Positions 1 to 35,854 of a stretch of DNA of 64,000 bases are shown here, one piece after another. The stretch is from Antedon mediterranea. Lineage: Eukaryota > Animalia > Echinodermata. The stretch lies in assembly GCF_964355755.1 (NCBI RefSeq), contig NC_092676.1, positions 22,338,871-22,402,870 on the forward strand, given 5' to 3'. The translations under genes and the position numbers were made by a program. Under the pieces are notes generated by a model, which saw only the letters and a program-made list of their open reading frames with translations, did no database searches and was not told the DNA's origin. Position 1 is the stretch's first letter. Every line of letters begins with the position of its first letter.

Positions 1-1131
1 TCAAAAATTGTTAATCTCATGTTTTCAGTCTTCATACATTATGTCTAGAATGCTGGTTTTTACATCCTCATTTTAGCTGACTTAAAATAACAAGGAATAA
101 ATGGGGGAAAATTCATCAGAAATTTCATTCATCCTAGTCGAATAAACATCAACAAGAAGCAATGCCCTATCAAATGAATGTTATGTTGGTTCATTTTCTT
201 GTACACACTACTAATCTATTGAAAGTGCAAGACAAATCATTTCATAACTGTCAAATACAAACAGCAAAAGAAAAAAAAACACCATCCTTTATTTTTCATA
301 ATAATTTAATTTGAATATTGGAAATTGGCTGTGAAACCATTAGGGACATCGTACATTAACAGCATGACTATGTCTTCAAACATGTAAAAAATATCCAGAC
401 CTATTACACTTGTCTCCTGAGAATGTCCTTATGTCTTCATATCAAAACAAGCTAAGTGAATTTCAGGACGATTTGCATGGAATTATTGACTGCTACGATA
501 AGCATGTACAATTTTCAGAATCATAATCATGCCAAGTTGATCATAAAACAAAACTAAACGTTATAAGGTGCACACATTTTATCTAATATGTTACAGTCCA
601 AAAAATTGTGTTTTTTTATGAATAAAACAATTGGTAAACAACAAAATTTATTGTAAATTATAATGGAAATCGGTTTGAAAACCCCAATTTGATAAGGTCA
701 GTGACTGGCACGAACATTTGACTACTTTCTGTGGAATTTAGCTGACCAGTTCGTGAACGGTATCGTGTCTAGCTAGTAATAATAAACGTCATGCAGTAAC
801 AGGCCCATATCATAGTAACTAAACTCCTATATTAACTTTATTTTAAATAAAATTATACTGTAGATTGATAATTAAACAGTTTTAGGGTTTTTAGTTAGTT
901 TTTACAATTATGAGAATTACATTAAGAATCACATGTGACTTTTTTTGAATTAAGTTTTCTTTACCTACAGTATAGATCTAAAATATTACACTTACTTCAC
1001 TTTAGAATGTCCTTTGGTAATAGAAATAAAAAGTCACATCAATAAAATTTGAGAAAAAAAAGTTGTAATTCATAACCTATTGTAACTAATGATTTACATC
1101 CGTTGTTATGGATATTTTCCAAAAACTCTAA

Positions 1132-1281
1132 AGCTTGGTTTCCACTTACACGTAATACAAGCTAAGTAAGTAATATCACCAATCACTGTGCGATAGCTGC
1201 TCATCCAAATTGTCGCTTATGATTGGTCAACTCACTTGCATTGGGGTTATGGCTACATTGCATCGTAGTGGGAACCAAAGT
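1132..1281. mobile_element. MITE family A copy (diverged)
   Basis: Begins TAA|AGCTTGGTTTCCACT and ends AGTGGGAACCA; internal ACCAATCA...TGATTGGT inverted pair as in the 7272 copy. Confidence 0.7.
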
Positions 1282-1504
1282 TGACAACAACAAAATTGGG
1301 TCAGTAAAAGTTTGGTTTATGCTAATCATAAGGGTATGGCTGATGGATTCCACAGTGTCTTATGGTATTAAGCAATAGGAAACATCTGCCAGTGTTTTAC
1401 TACTGTATGTTAGCACACTATATGATTGTTTATAAATGGAAACAACCCTGATGGTCAGCAACATTTGTTGTTGTTTCGGTTGGTGAGCAAACAACTGATT
1501 ATAA

Positions 1505-1651
1505 AGCTCTGTCTACACTATCAAACTTCATGTGGCGAAAAAAAATGTGATGTGCCTATATACAGTATGGACATGATGATGTCATATCACTACCACATTT
1601 GGCCACGTCACACTTTTTTTGTCAAATTAGTTTGATAGTGTAGACAGAGCT
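1505..1651. mobile_element. MITE family B (PIF/Harbinger-type, TAA target duplication)
   Basis: TIR AGCTCTGTCTACACTATCAAACT / AGTTTGATAGTGTAGACAGAGCT, flanked by TAA on both sides. Siblings at about 30913-31041 (inverted) and about 25407-25505 (partial). Confidence 0.85.
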
Positions 1652-4600
1652 TAAGTAAGGTTAATCCAATGACATAGAAAGACTGCAACATGTTCATGCA
1701 GGTCTGGTTCACAGTGAGGAAATATATCTAATGGAGAATAAAATAATGAACAGCTAGGTTAATTACTGTAGCACATATTCACACACACTGGACAACACGC
1801 TTGTGTGTGATAATGGACAGAACTGCTCCTCACTATCATGTATTGGTCTGTATAGTCGTGCCCAAAGATGCTCAAAAGTCAATAACTTTTAAGCGAATAT
1901 AATGTGCTATCTTAAAAAATATATATTTAAATTAGTGTCCTGGTCTTTACCATTGTTGACAGGATGCCTGATGATAAAGGTTAATCCACAATTAATTCCT
2001 TAACTTTCCTTACATGAACCTATACACATACAGTGCAAAATAAGCACAGTCGAATGTGTCAAAATGTCTACAATGGCTAGTTGTTTTTTCACTTGGGATT
2101 TAAATATTTCTTGCACTAAATAATTTAAAAATCTTTCTGCACATTTTCTACTTACAGTATCTCAGCTTCCATTAGATAGTAGTCTATGATTCATGTGTTG
2201 CATGTATATGACTTTTTATAATTTAATTCAACCATGGATGAATTAACAATTAATTAAATAATTCCTCCATAAGTTAACTCAGTCATTCTTACTTACGTGT
2301 TTACTGTACTTGTTGACATAAATTCATTGTGTTAATTATCATTTTTACTGATTGAACTCCCTTTTTATTAAACATAAGATATTAATAATTTAAACTACAG
2401 TAAGTTTCCTATGCACCATTACATTTAATCACAATAAAAGGTAATTATTATAGGTATATTAATATAGTGAACTATAAGAATATCTCTATGGTTATTTAAT
2501 ACACATTTTAATACATACAGTTAGATCCAATTTGAAACATGAGCTAAGCAAAATCTATTTACATATACTGTAAGCCTACTGAAATTGAAAGGAATGTTCA
2601 TGCTGAACTTCAGAGGTATTAATTCAATGACTTGTCACAACCTACAGAATTAGTTTAAAGACAGCTGAGCTTTGTTGCTGTAATTATGGGATACTATAAG
2701 GCTAATGGCTCATTTGATTACTTTAGGAACTAGAATTAACTGTGTGGTTAACAAGTGAAGCAGGTCAGAGGAATTGATTAACCCTCTGTATATAAAAACC
2801 TGTCTGACTGGCTGATTGTTTTGATTATTTCTATAATATTAATGTTGTACAGTATTTGGTTTAAAGTTTGACAGGTAAAAAATGATTTGATAGAAAAATT
2901 GAATTCATATGATGGAAATTCATGCATTTAATGTCGAAATTTGTTACCTTGTTGTTTAAATTGGGGAAATAGTGTGGTGCAAGGTTATTGTTTAATCTGG
3001 GGGTGGATGGATATAATAAACCTTGTTGTTTAATTGTTGGGGGGGGGGGGGAGTAAATGTAATGTCTAATTTGGGGGTGGAGGCCGAGGGATATAATGTA
3101 CTGTTCTGTAAGCTTGTTGTTTTGGATAAATACAGCTTGAATTATTTGCCCAGTAATATGTGGATCAAAACATGAAAAATAAATGGGGTACAAAGAACCC
3201 TAAATCACATTTATCTTTCTTTAAATTTACATTTATAATGACTAATAATATAGATTAAATACTGTACTCAGAAGAAGAAGAATGTGATAAATGTTCCCTT
3301 ATTTGTAGTTGATTTGATACAGTACCAAATCAGGTAACACTAAGTTTACTACAATATACTATTGTATATTTCAGTGTACAATTCTCAGTAAAGTAAATGT
3401 ATGTTTTATTAAAATTCATACTTGTCAATTATACTCGATAACCAAAGCAAAATCACAATTAATTATTCGGTGAATTATTATATTACAATTTATTATTATT
3501 ATCATATACTGTAAAGTACTGTATTATACAAACTATTGTTACTAGTATTACTGTTACATGGAATTCTATAGTAAATACAGGATTTCTCCAGGCTTAGAGG
3601 GATGCACTCCCCATGGGCATGAACCAGGAATTAAGACTACATATTTCATAACATAGACAGAAGAACATTATCTTTATTTCACTACTATACTAACATCCCT
3701 ATTTAAAGCATAAGACAGACATGCATGGCAATTAAAGTGGAATCATGTTTTGGATTATCTAATTGCATATGTATTAACACTAACAAGCAAATCCGTGTCT
3801 GACATTTGTATGACCTAGTTTCTATTTCTTTGTAGGATAAAAATAACTTTAAAAAACTTATCTTAATAGTAAATCGATTTGGTGTTATTATTCATAATTT
3901 AATAACATAAAAATAGCAGAGACATCAATAATTGCACCATTTCTCCTCCTAACCCACATTGACGGCAATCCCATCATTTATGCTGGAGTACCTTTTAAGT
4001 CTCTATAATTGTTTTTAGTGATCTTTTCATGATTTAGGTCAGTACATGAAATGTTTGCATATACATTTTTAATAAAAGTAGTACTAGTAGTAGGGCAAAA
4101 CTGACGTAACAAAATGACAATTTAATGAAATGACGACTTCCCCTTTTTACACATACAGTACTTTACAAATATAAAACATTTAAATTTGTGTAAATTTGTT
4201 TTACAGAAGAAAAAAACTATTTATACGTTTACACAACCTTTTATAAATTAAATAAGTTGAAAGTTGTAAATGACCTCTTGACCTTTACCTAAATAAAGAC
4301 ACAATAAACTTACTCAAGCATATAGTTGGGAGTAAACAAAACCTAGCAGGTATAATAAGCTGAATCCCTTGTGTACTTAGCAAATGTTTTGTTCACTTTT
4401 ATCCAATGAGATGGCACTATTTAAGCTTCTTAAAATGTGTAATAATTCTTAAACTTTCACTTTGTAAATTTGCTTTGTTGCCAACAAAGTTAATAATTAT
4501 ATTTAGATATTATTATTTTAAAATATAAATTCTATTATTTAGAACTATTTTAAAACAAAAACTTTCTCCTCCTTTTCTCATTAGTAATATTAAGTAAATA

Positions 4601-4884
4601 TTTGAATTACTTATTTAGTCATATTTAATACTAAGAAAAACAATTTTTAAAACATATGTAGAACTGGACATAAGAATGCATACGGTCGGCTAGACCCCAT
4701 ACTTGTCTGGTGCTGTGAGTTCAATCTAATACGTGGCAGACAAATCTTAGACAGCGGAAGCTAACAACGTGACAACATACAAACAAACTCCGTCTTGTTT
4801 ACTATCAGCAAAACATGTTAAACACCTGGTTTAATGTGCGTGTCATTCCTTTAAAATAAGTAATTCAAATAAAGGAATTATTAC

Positions 4885-5334
4885 CTTAAAATAAGCAAAC
4901 TGTAAATAGCTATAAGGTATTCTTCCCAAGAACTTTTCAGTAACTTCTTGATTCATAGTTTCGGGCCGATTTCCAAGATTTTGAAACTTGCATCTCCGTA
5001 AACATTCCGCTTGGAAAAACACGCTTTCAAAGAAAGTTAGCTCCGTTAGTTCATTCGCATTTGTGAATGATACTCTAGAAATATTGTTGCATTTTATACG
5101 ACATGAAGTTAGTTGATAACGGTAAAATTTAAATTCACTTATTGCCTTTTCAAGTAGGTTTATCGTATCCTTCCAGCCCTCCCGCGAGTAGGCTTTCATG
5201 CCTTCTTGGTACAACTCATCGTAAGTCTTTTCGAAGGCTAGGTACGATTGAACTGGAGTAACGCCTAGAATTAAAATGTAATACGAAATTGTAACCGTAA
5301 AAACTATTGAAATTGAAGATATAAACTGAGCCAT
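4885..5334 (-). CDS. First coding exon of a leprecan-family ER collagen-modifying protein (CRTAP- or prolyl 3-hydroxylase P3H1-like); remaining exons probably lie left of the window
   Basis: ATG at 5334; hydrophobic N-terminus; CxxxC motifs (CRIKC, CLRRC). The exon ends ...RIPYSYLQFAYFK then AAG|GTAAT donor at 4884, resembling the end of the N-terminal segment of CRTAP/P3H1. The paralogue cannot be resolved from this exon alone. Confidence 0.85.
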
Positions 5335-6887
5335 AATAATCTTATAAAGTGTCCTCTTCCTTGCTTTAGAGTCTTGAAAACGTAGTGACCAAATTAAGCA
5401 CGTACTTAACGTCGCCGTGTGGGAAAATCATTGAATCGACCATGCATGATAACGAACAATTGGTGGCGCTATTGTAAACAATAGTTTTATTTTATAGACT
5501 CAATAAAAATAGAAGAAGAACCTAATAAAGCTAGTCCTACAGAGTTTTAATTTTAATATGCTTATTATTTATTTAATGTGAGTCTGCTAAATTCGATTTC
5601 CAGAACCTTCAAACCTTCAGGGCCAACAAAGTTTACCTTGAATATGGGCCGACTACAAAACATATATTGCTCCTCGTGACCCGTCTGTTCATGACAAAGT
5701 ATTGAATATTTAATTAAAATAGAGGTGTCATTGAGGAGAGGTCCACTTATAAGTTGTATACATAGGCTACTACTGTATGTACTTTCATTGTAGCTCAGGC
5801 TAGTGCAGTCCTCTTTCTTCCACATACTTTTTTAACTATTCAGTACGATAGCGTCTTGCAGATCGTTTGCCGTTTTCTAAATTTGAATTAATACCATCTA
5901 CTGATTTTTAAATCAGTTAAAACTGTTGAAGTATGTAGGCCTACGGAAGAGTAGGCCAACAACCCAGCAGTCATATTAGTGAATAAACAACAATGTTGTA
6001 TGGAGTATCGTTTACCCGCGAAATTCAAACGCTATTAGAAAATCGTGGAACCAGTGAAGCGAATTTTATTATGCAAAAAAAAAATCCGGAATCAAAGTAC
6101 ATACTAGAATTCGTCTTGGATTTAGTAGTAAACTCTTGTTCAGTTGCTTCTCCCATTTGCTTTGCCTTTTCTTTTTTAATTCAAAGACGAACTACTAACC
6201 AGTGTTTAAAAGATTGTTAAATATTTAGGCCTACTTGATCAAGACTCTACTCTTACTTATAACAATCAACTTGTATGCAATATTTTTAATTTTGGATCAA
6301 CTACCCCTTTAAATAAGCAAAATATCATTTTATTTAATTGTGTTCAGAAATATTTAGTTGATACCAAAAGATTTACTATTTACATGTTGTTGTTATATAT
6401 TTCCACCTTTTGTTGCAGAGCCTCCTCGAGACAAAGGAGACTGTGCCTTGTGAGGAGCTTTTGAGTGAAAACAAATTATGCAAAAAACTGAATTATTATT
6501 TGGAAACTATTTCTGTAGTAAACATTAAAAAAAAAAAAACTTCTACAAATGTGTTATCTTCTTTCATATAAACAGTTTATTCAAAATTCTATCAAATTAT
6601 CTAAATTACAACCTGATTCTCTCTAAAGCTTTATATACAAAATGGAACCTATTAAAGTGATGATAGCAACATAAATAAACTAAAGTAATCATTGTAATGA
6701 TTTATAACATTACAATAACAGACAAGGGTCATTTAATTGAAGAATCATTGTTTTAGGTTCTATTATAGTCCTACTTTGATGCTTAATCGCGAGAAGACGA
6801 GTATGCTTGCTATTTGTATAATTTTTCGAGTCGAGCACACTGCAGAAACTCGCGAATTTTTATATTTTTCCGTTTTATATGAATTTA

Positions 6888-7203
6888 TAGCTTAATTCTC
6901 ACTAGAGACGCAACGCAATAAAAGGCGGCTGATCTAATAATCAATCGCGTATATACGTTGCGTTTTACGTTCTTATGTTGCGTCTCTAGTGGGGGAAACC
7001 AAGCATATAACACTACTAGTGCCATATCTACAAATAGGTTTTTAGAAAAAAAAACATCCCAAACTGCAAATGATATTGGGTTATTAAAGTTTCGTTGCTA
7101 TATTATGGCGCAAGCAAATCGCAAAGCAATGGTTCATCCGGACTGTGATTGGTTGCGTTACGGTACGCGTATGTTCGTAAGTTGCGTCATAGTGGGAACC
7201 AGA
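6888..7203. mobile_element. Two degraded MITE family A relatives (about 6888-7005 and about 7100-7203)
   Basis: CACTAGAGACGCAAC...GTTGCGTCTCTAGTG inverted repeat ending GGAAACCAAGC; the second fragment ends AGTGGGAACCA. Confidence 0.6.
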
Positions 7204-7271
7204 CCAAAGGAAGATCGTCATTTTTTTAAATACCACCGTGGGACATGGCACCTGTTTGGGTCCACCGATAA

Positions 7272-7455
7272 AGCTTGGTTCCTACTAGAACGTAACGCAA
7301 GGACGTAAACGCAACGCAAGCGTTTTAACCAATGACAAGCGAAGTTATAGGCAGTTATCAATCACAAGCGAATAAGCCATCGGTTGTGATTGGTCAATTC
7401 ACTTGCGTTGCGTTACGTCCTTGCGTTGCGTTGCGTCGCTAGTGGGAACCATGCT
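7272..7455. mobile_element. MITE family A, intact copy (PIF/Harbinger-type, TAA target duplication)
   Basis: TAA|AGCTTGGTTCCTACTAG...CTAGTGGGAACCATGCT|TAA with a palindromic ACGCA-rich interior; a closely similar inverted copy lies at 12875-13047. Confidence 0.88.
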
Positions 7456-8532
7456 TAACCACGATTATGCCTGTCATTGCATACCTAAAATTCCCATGTT
7501 GAGCCCTCTACACGTGTTAATATTGTTACGTTTTGTATGAACAATATGACATGCTATTTTAAAATTTGGCACAAAATATAGATTTAAGATAATAATAATG
7601 AAAAAAGAATATACATACCGTATAAAATTATTAACTAACAAAACATTTGCATATGTAATTTTAGAGATCATTATGAGGTAATCTCTAATAAATTGATTAA
7701 TATCGAAAGAGTATTTAGTATTACTGTAATATAATTAACATATTTTTGTAATAATTATAAATAGCAGCAATATTACAATAAAATCAAAGCATTAAACTAA
7801 TAAAAATAATACTGTTATAGTAATAAAAAAATTTAATATATAAAAACATATTTAGAAAAAAAAACCGGACAAATAAAAAATGTTTACGGTATATCTAATA
7901 ATAATAATGGTAATTTAATCTTGTAGTTACATGATATAAAATTAAAATATTTCCATTTCATATACTAATCAATTAGGATATTTCTATTCCATATACTAAT
8001 CAATTACAATATTTCATCCCAAAATGTATTAATATATCAAATTAAAATATCTCAAAAATGTTGTAAAATATTAATATTTCATGAATCAAATTCCACAATA
8101 ATTTATATCTTTCGTTTTTATCACGATTGTGTCGAAAAGTTATTCTGCAGATGCTGAGAAACATTTGAGCATGCACAGAATGACTTTTGGACTAAACAGC
8201 TGTCACAAAAACATACTACTGGTTGCTATCTATTTTGGTCACTTCAAAATAATTGGTCTTCCCACAAAAATTGAATTTGCTTGTATAAAAAAAGTAAAAG
8301 TATAAAAGAAAATGTAGGATTATTAATTTGTAACATGAATTGAGTGATTAGATTGGTGCAATAACTAGGGGTCAGAACTGACCCTGCAAAATATATTAAA
8401 GAGTTAACTTTGTGACACTTTGATATCCCTCTACCAACAACAAAAATCGTTCAAACATGTTTTAGAGGCACATATTAATATTTTTTACCACCAGATTCTC
8501 TGTACTGTATCACCACATATGGTATTATATTT

Positions 8533-8688
8533 CCAGTGTCATAGGCAAATTCCATAATACAGCGTCACATAAGTATCACATGTAGCACTTGTTTTATGTT
8601 ATGGTTAAATTAGACTTATGCTTTTTGACACAAGTTTCACATGTGATACTTATGTTACACTGTATTACGGGATTTAACTGTGATACTG
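8533..8688. repeat. Long imperfect inverted repeat (hairpin), probable MITE remnant
   Basis: AATACAGCGTCACATAAGTATCACATGT pairs with ACATGTGATACTTATGTTACACTGTATT; arms about 55 bp. Confidence 0.7.
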
Positions 8689-9395
8689 TACACATGCTAG
8701 ATACAATACCAACAACTTGGTAGCAAAGTGGGAATTAGGTCTACTACAATTAGTCAATTCAAACTCCTAACTGCATGGTAAAGAGAACAGGCCTAAACTG
8801 GCCTAGTCACATTTTATTTTATCGGTTTTAAAATCTAAAATTCCTGCTAAATTATTTTTCATTATCATCAATGCAATATATTGCCGGTTTGCACCAGTTA
8901 CTTAATGAACTAAATAGATAATAAAAGAATATATTAATAAAGAAAAAATGTATAATATATCATGCTAAACAAAGTTTATTAATGAAATATAGTAATGTAC
9001 AGTTTTATTTACAAGTAGCTATGTACACGCTATTTAGAAGCTCGTTCAAAATATAATGATCAGAAAAATATTTTTTGTATACAAAATTATGTTTTAGCAT
9101 TTTTATAAATACAATAATTTGTTTATATCTAGCTGTTGTTTCAATTGTTTTTGTTAAAATGGTTTTAAGAGTGGACATAATTTTTCCATTATGTACGGTT
9201 GTGTAAAGTAAATTTTTCAAAACCAGATCTAACTTAGACTGCAACATTAGTATGCCAATTTTAAAAGGCTTTCAATTGTTTTTTTTTTAAAATAAATTGG
9301 GGAAGTCCTTCAACAACATCTTATTTAGGAGGATTTTTATTTTTTCTTGTTTCCTGGGAACAAAAAAATGTACTACTGTATTTTATATTGTTTAA

Positions 9396-9733
9396 AGATG
9401 TATTGTCCCCAAAAACATGAAAAATGAAGATTAATTAAATCAGACTTTGAATATGTTATTTTGTAATTTTAATAAAGTTAATCACTTCTATAGAAAAAAA
9501 AATAATTATGTTTTCACTAGTAAAATGACAAAATAAATGGTTAAATTCAACCAAAAATGCATTGGCTGGCAGTCAATTTGACCATTTTTTGCCTTCAATT
9601 AAATTTTTTCAGGTAAATACATATTTTTTCAATCCAATTTTTGGTCAAAGTGGATAACTATTATGTTGCATTAAAATGGAATATTCAACAAAAATTTTTT
9701 TAAGAATTATTTTTTCAGGGGGACAATACATCT
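9396..9733. mobile_element. TTAA-specific MITE (Kolobok- or piggyBac-type target site)
   Basis: TTAA|AGATGTATTGTCCCC...GGGGACAATACATCT|TTAA; a related end occurs near 63472-63505. Confidence 0.85.
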
Positions 9734-11576
9734 TTAAAAGTTTGCATGGCTATTAAACACTAGCCAATTCAAGTTTATGATTCCAAAAGGAAATAGTTGA
9801 AAATGTCTACTACTGTATCCATTCATGTTGTGTTTATTTATTCAATTAAGGACCACTACTGTAGGACCAATGGTTTTATGTCTTGATTGTATTCACTCAA
9901 ATGCCTAGGCTAATAATTGGAATTATTTTATTGTGAAAAGCAAAAAAAAAAAATTGTGGAAGAGAATAAATCATAATAGTCTTCCTATATATAATTGTTA
10001 AGATTCTTTAAATTAGGTGATTTCCTATCAAAACAATTAATGTTAAAGTTTGTCTTTTTATATAATTGGTTTTTTTTTAAATAAGCATTATTAAAAACAT
10101 TTATTGCATATTTTATTGAATTTAGTTTATAAAATTTAGGTGTACTGTACAATCAACACCAATAGAGTTTGTGTAACTGTTCTGTTTTGGGTTTTTGAAT
10201 TTTAGGAAGATATTGAATAAGATTTAGCATTAGTGTTTACATTTATCATTTGGAATGATCAGAAAATCGTGTCATATATTAGGAATGTTGTGACAATAAT
10301 TTTCAATATGTTTTTTCTTTGTGCGATAATTATTTTACTAATACAATCAGTTAAATAATGATTATGTCACTTATTTCATCAAATTTTGAAGCTAGGATTA
10401 CTGCAGTAACTCTGGGATAATAATAATAATTTATTCTTATATAGCGCATATAAGCAAGCTTTCAATGCGCTGTAAACATTTTTACCACAGTTGGATCAAA
10501 CATGCATGGAAACATATTTTCATAATGTTTCAGCTAGTAATGCGCGTACCAAGTAAATGGACTCAAACTCTCGATCCCGAAGTCCATGCCACACGCTCTC
10601 ACAGTTTAAAGAGAAGTCCACAGATGTAAAGTTTATGTAAGAGGGCGCTATTATAGTTACTTGCTAGACACTAAACTATTAATTTAACAATGTTTCTAAA
10701 AAGGTATTAAAGTTTTAGATTCAAATAGATGAATGTTTAGTTTGCACTTATAAATATTAATAATTAATAACTTCTTTAGAAATTAAAATTTAGAATAAAT
10801 AGGTATATTAACTGAATACAGATTTCATGGGTTCTCATTAGCAATCAAAATCACCCAAAACCAACAATCAAATCCGAGTCTACTCCAATTGCCTAATAAA
10901 CCGTTTAAACAGTTTTGAAACGCTTGAATTTGTTCGTTAGATTGCCAGTGAGAACCTGCTAATAGCGACTTTTCATGTTCATGATGTGCAACGCAAGTAC
11001 ACGCTTCAAGTTAAATATACATGCTCATGTTTCTAAGCATGTGTATAGTGGCGCTTTATGAAAACGAAAAGTTACTAATAGCGCACACCTAAAACTTCCT
11101 CTTATTACATTAACTGGCAGTGTCAGTGGAAAAAAAAATGTAAAAAAAAAAATCTTAATCAAAATTTAGTTTCATTAAAGTCAGTAAATTCTTTGTTAGA
11201 GCAAGGCCTTAATGCAATAAGCAAATGATGTTGAATAGTAACTGATTTATCAAAAATTTACATCAAAAATATATCGTTATAAACTACTTTACATATCTAA
11301 CAAACTTGTTCGGATCGACATATATATTTTATTGGTCCTCAGCAGTTTGACGTTATTGGCCTCTGTATAAACAGCAGCTCGGATATCCACATAGTTGAGG
11401 AGATGTATTCGCTGCAAGAAAAATATTTGGTTGAAGAAAATTATCCCGTTCTCCGCAGTTTGTTAAAATACACTGATTGATTCCTCCTCCTCCTACTAAA
11501 ACAGATGACAATATTGTTTTGTTTGTTTTCAAATACAAATTTTCCCGAGTAACAACACACTCGTATGAAGCCTGAA

Positions 11577-33574
<21,998 letters not shown>

Positions 33575-35854
33575 CCCAAATCGTGGGTGAGTTTTGCGTT
33601 GTGCCTCTACCGTTTTAGATTTGTTTGAGCATAATTTACAAATCACAACGATTTAAAATCCTGAGATGACTGAATTGTTTAAACACGATGCAATGTGCAA
33701 ATCAAACCATTGTTTTGATTTCAACCTGAGGTGAAGAAAAAAATCATCAGTATTAATTTTGTATTAGGTACAGTTTATTCATTCATCTGGAAAAATAGAG
33801 TATCTTGGTAAAACTTGGTACAAAGTACCACCAAGTATCACGATAATAATATTAATTTACAGTTAAAGCCCGGCACACACTAGAGCTTTCGGCTGAGCCA
33901 ACTGCCACGAGTAACACAGTGTGCGCCGGGAAATTCGTGAGGAATCGCCCACACGTGCTGCTGAGGAAAATATCTATCATGTTTAGTATTTACTCAAGTG
34001 TGCGCCGAACTTGAGCAGACAGATCACTAAAAAATTCCACTGCGCTTAACATGTTTTGATTTATTATATGTCAGCGCGTGCCGTATAGCATAGTAAGTAA
34101 TTATCCAATCAGAAAATCGCGTACTGAAGAGAACGCGATCACAGTTTGCGCCAAATTTTTTAGTGAGCCAAGTGTTACTTGTGCCAGTTGGCGAAAAGAT
34201 GTACAGGTATGGTATTACAGTAATCTTAAAGATGGAACTACATTACAGTTAATGTTTGATTACAACCCAAGTCAACATATCAATTGTTTTCAATTTGTTT
34301 TGTTGCAATGATTTCAATTGAGGGTGTGGTTATTTAAAGACTGAAATTTTGCAGCTCAATGGGCTAGACCTATACAATTGACTATATAAGCAATTAGTTA
34401 AGCAAAAAGTACTGCATATTCTGTGATAATATTATGTGAAACACTTTCGTGATATACAACTGATTTTAAAAGTGGATCAGAGACCTAGTACTATACAAAT
34501 ACTGAAGGACTCAGTTGACATGCAATTTCTACCCAATCACATGCACATATATATTTTGCTATAGTAGGCTACCACCTTTTTTTACCTACAGTAGTACCAT
34601 GGCCTTGGGAAATGCAACAGATTCCACCAACACCCTAATGAATCAACACACTGTACACTTCACTCCACTTGCTAAAAGTCTGTGCAGTCATCCATTTGAC
34701 CACATTGTTAGGTTCAAATCAACCTCAAAATAACATGTTTTAAAATACTTTTTAAGATAAAGTTAGTAGCCTTTATGAATTTCAATATTCATTTATCAAA
34801 CTGTCGTCAAGATAAAAAAAATTACTCGATTAGAAGACATAGACGTTGAAACAGGTCGGAAGTAACCTCTGAAGTAGTTTGTTTGTTGTACGCCCTGTGT
34901 ACTGCACGCTTTTGGTAATCTCCCACTCTCCCAATGTGATTTCTCCCAATGTGATTTCTCCCGAGATTTTGGATAAAACAAACGTATTTAAATTATAATT
35001 TCTACTACTGTACTGTTCTCTAGACATTAGAGAGAGAAATGAGAATAGGAAACATAATTAATTTTGGTCAGTAAGATGTTTACGTGACTCCATATGAACA
35101 CCTTACAATTCAAAATAGGGTAGTATTCACTTAGGAAAATCATTCATTAATTTTATGTGAAAATAAAAATCTGGCTTCAAAATTTGTTGATGGTAGGGGA
35201 TGTACTGTAAAACTAACTTTCTTATTTGTCTGGCCCTGATAGTAATACAAGGTCTCAATTAAACAATAGTTATTTATTAATATTTGTATATAGCACAACA
35301 TATAAAATTAAAGTATATGAGATCAAGTTAGTATTCTGAAGGTGCTAAAACCAGGTAGTTGCCATGCTAAAACCAACAGCACATGATGAACTGTTTATGA
35401 AATTGAGATGATGCTTTTAATAGTAAACACATACTCAGGCTGTCAACATTTATTATTAAACTAAAGCTGGTAAAAATATATTTATTTTCATATGTATCCC
35501 TATAGGTTTGTATAGTGAACTGCAGTCAATATCAATCAAAGTCAACCTGGTTACACTTTGTGTGGCTTCTCACTGAAACCAGCATTACCACCAAAAACTC
35601 GTCAAAACAAGTTAGTTATCATAAATTGCCATTTAAAAGCAATTTAAGATGAAAAAACTACAATTTTTTTTCAACCATCTGCTGTACATATATTTCTAAA
35701 GTAAAAATAAATTTGTATTCAAATTTTCCTGTTAATAATATTTACAGGAAAAAAACAAACAAAAATGTATTGATATGGACAAAAATAAGAAATTGAGAAT
35801 TGTAGCAGACGATGTTTCCCCATTGAAAATTCTTAAGAGAAAGTATCATAATTA

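Noticed and set aside
1-4884. Further exons of the leprecan-family gene
   Set aside because: No convincing downstream exon was recognised; treated as intron, though a small exon could have been missed.
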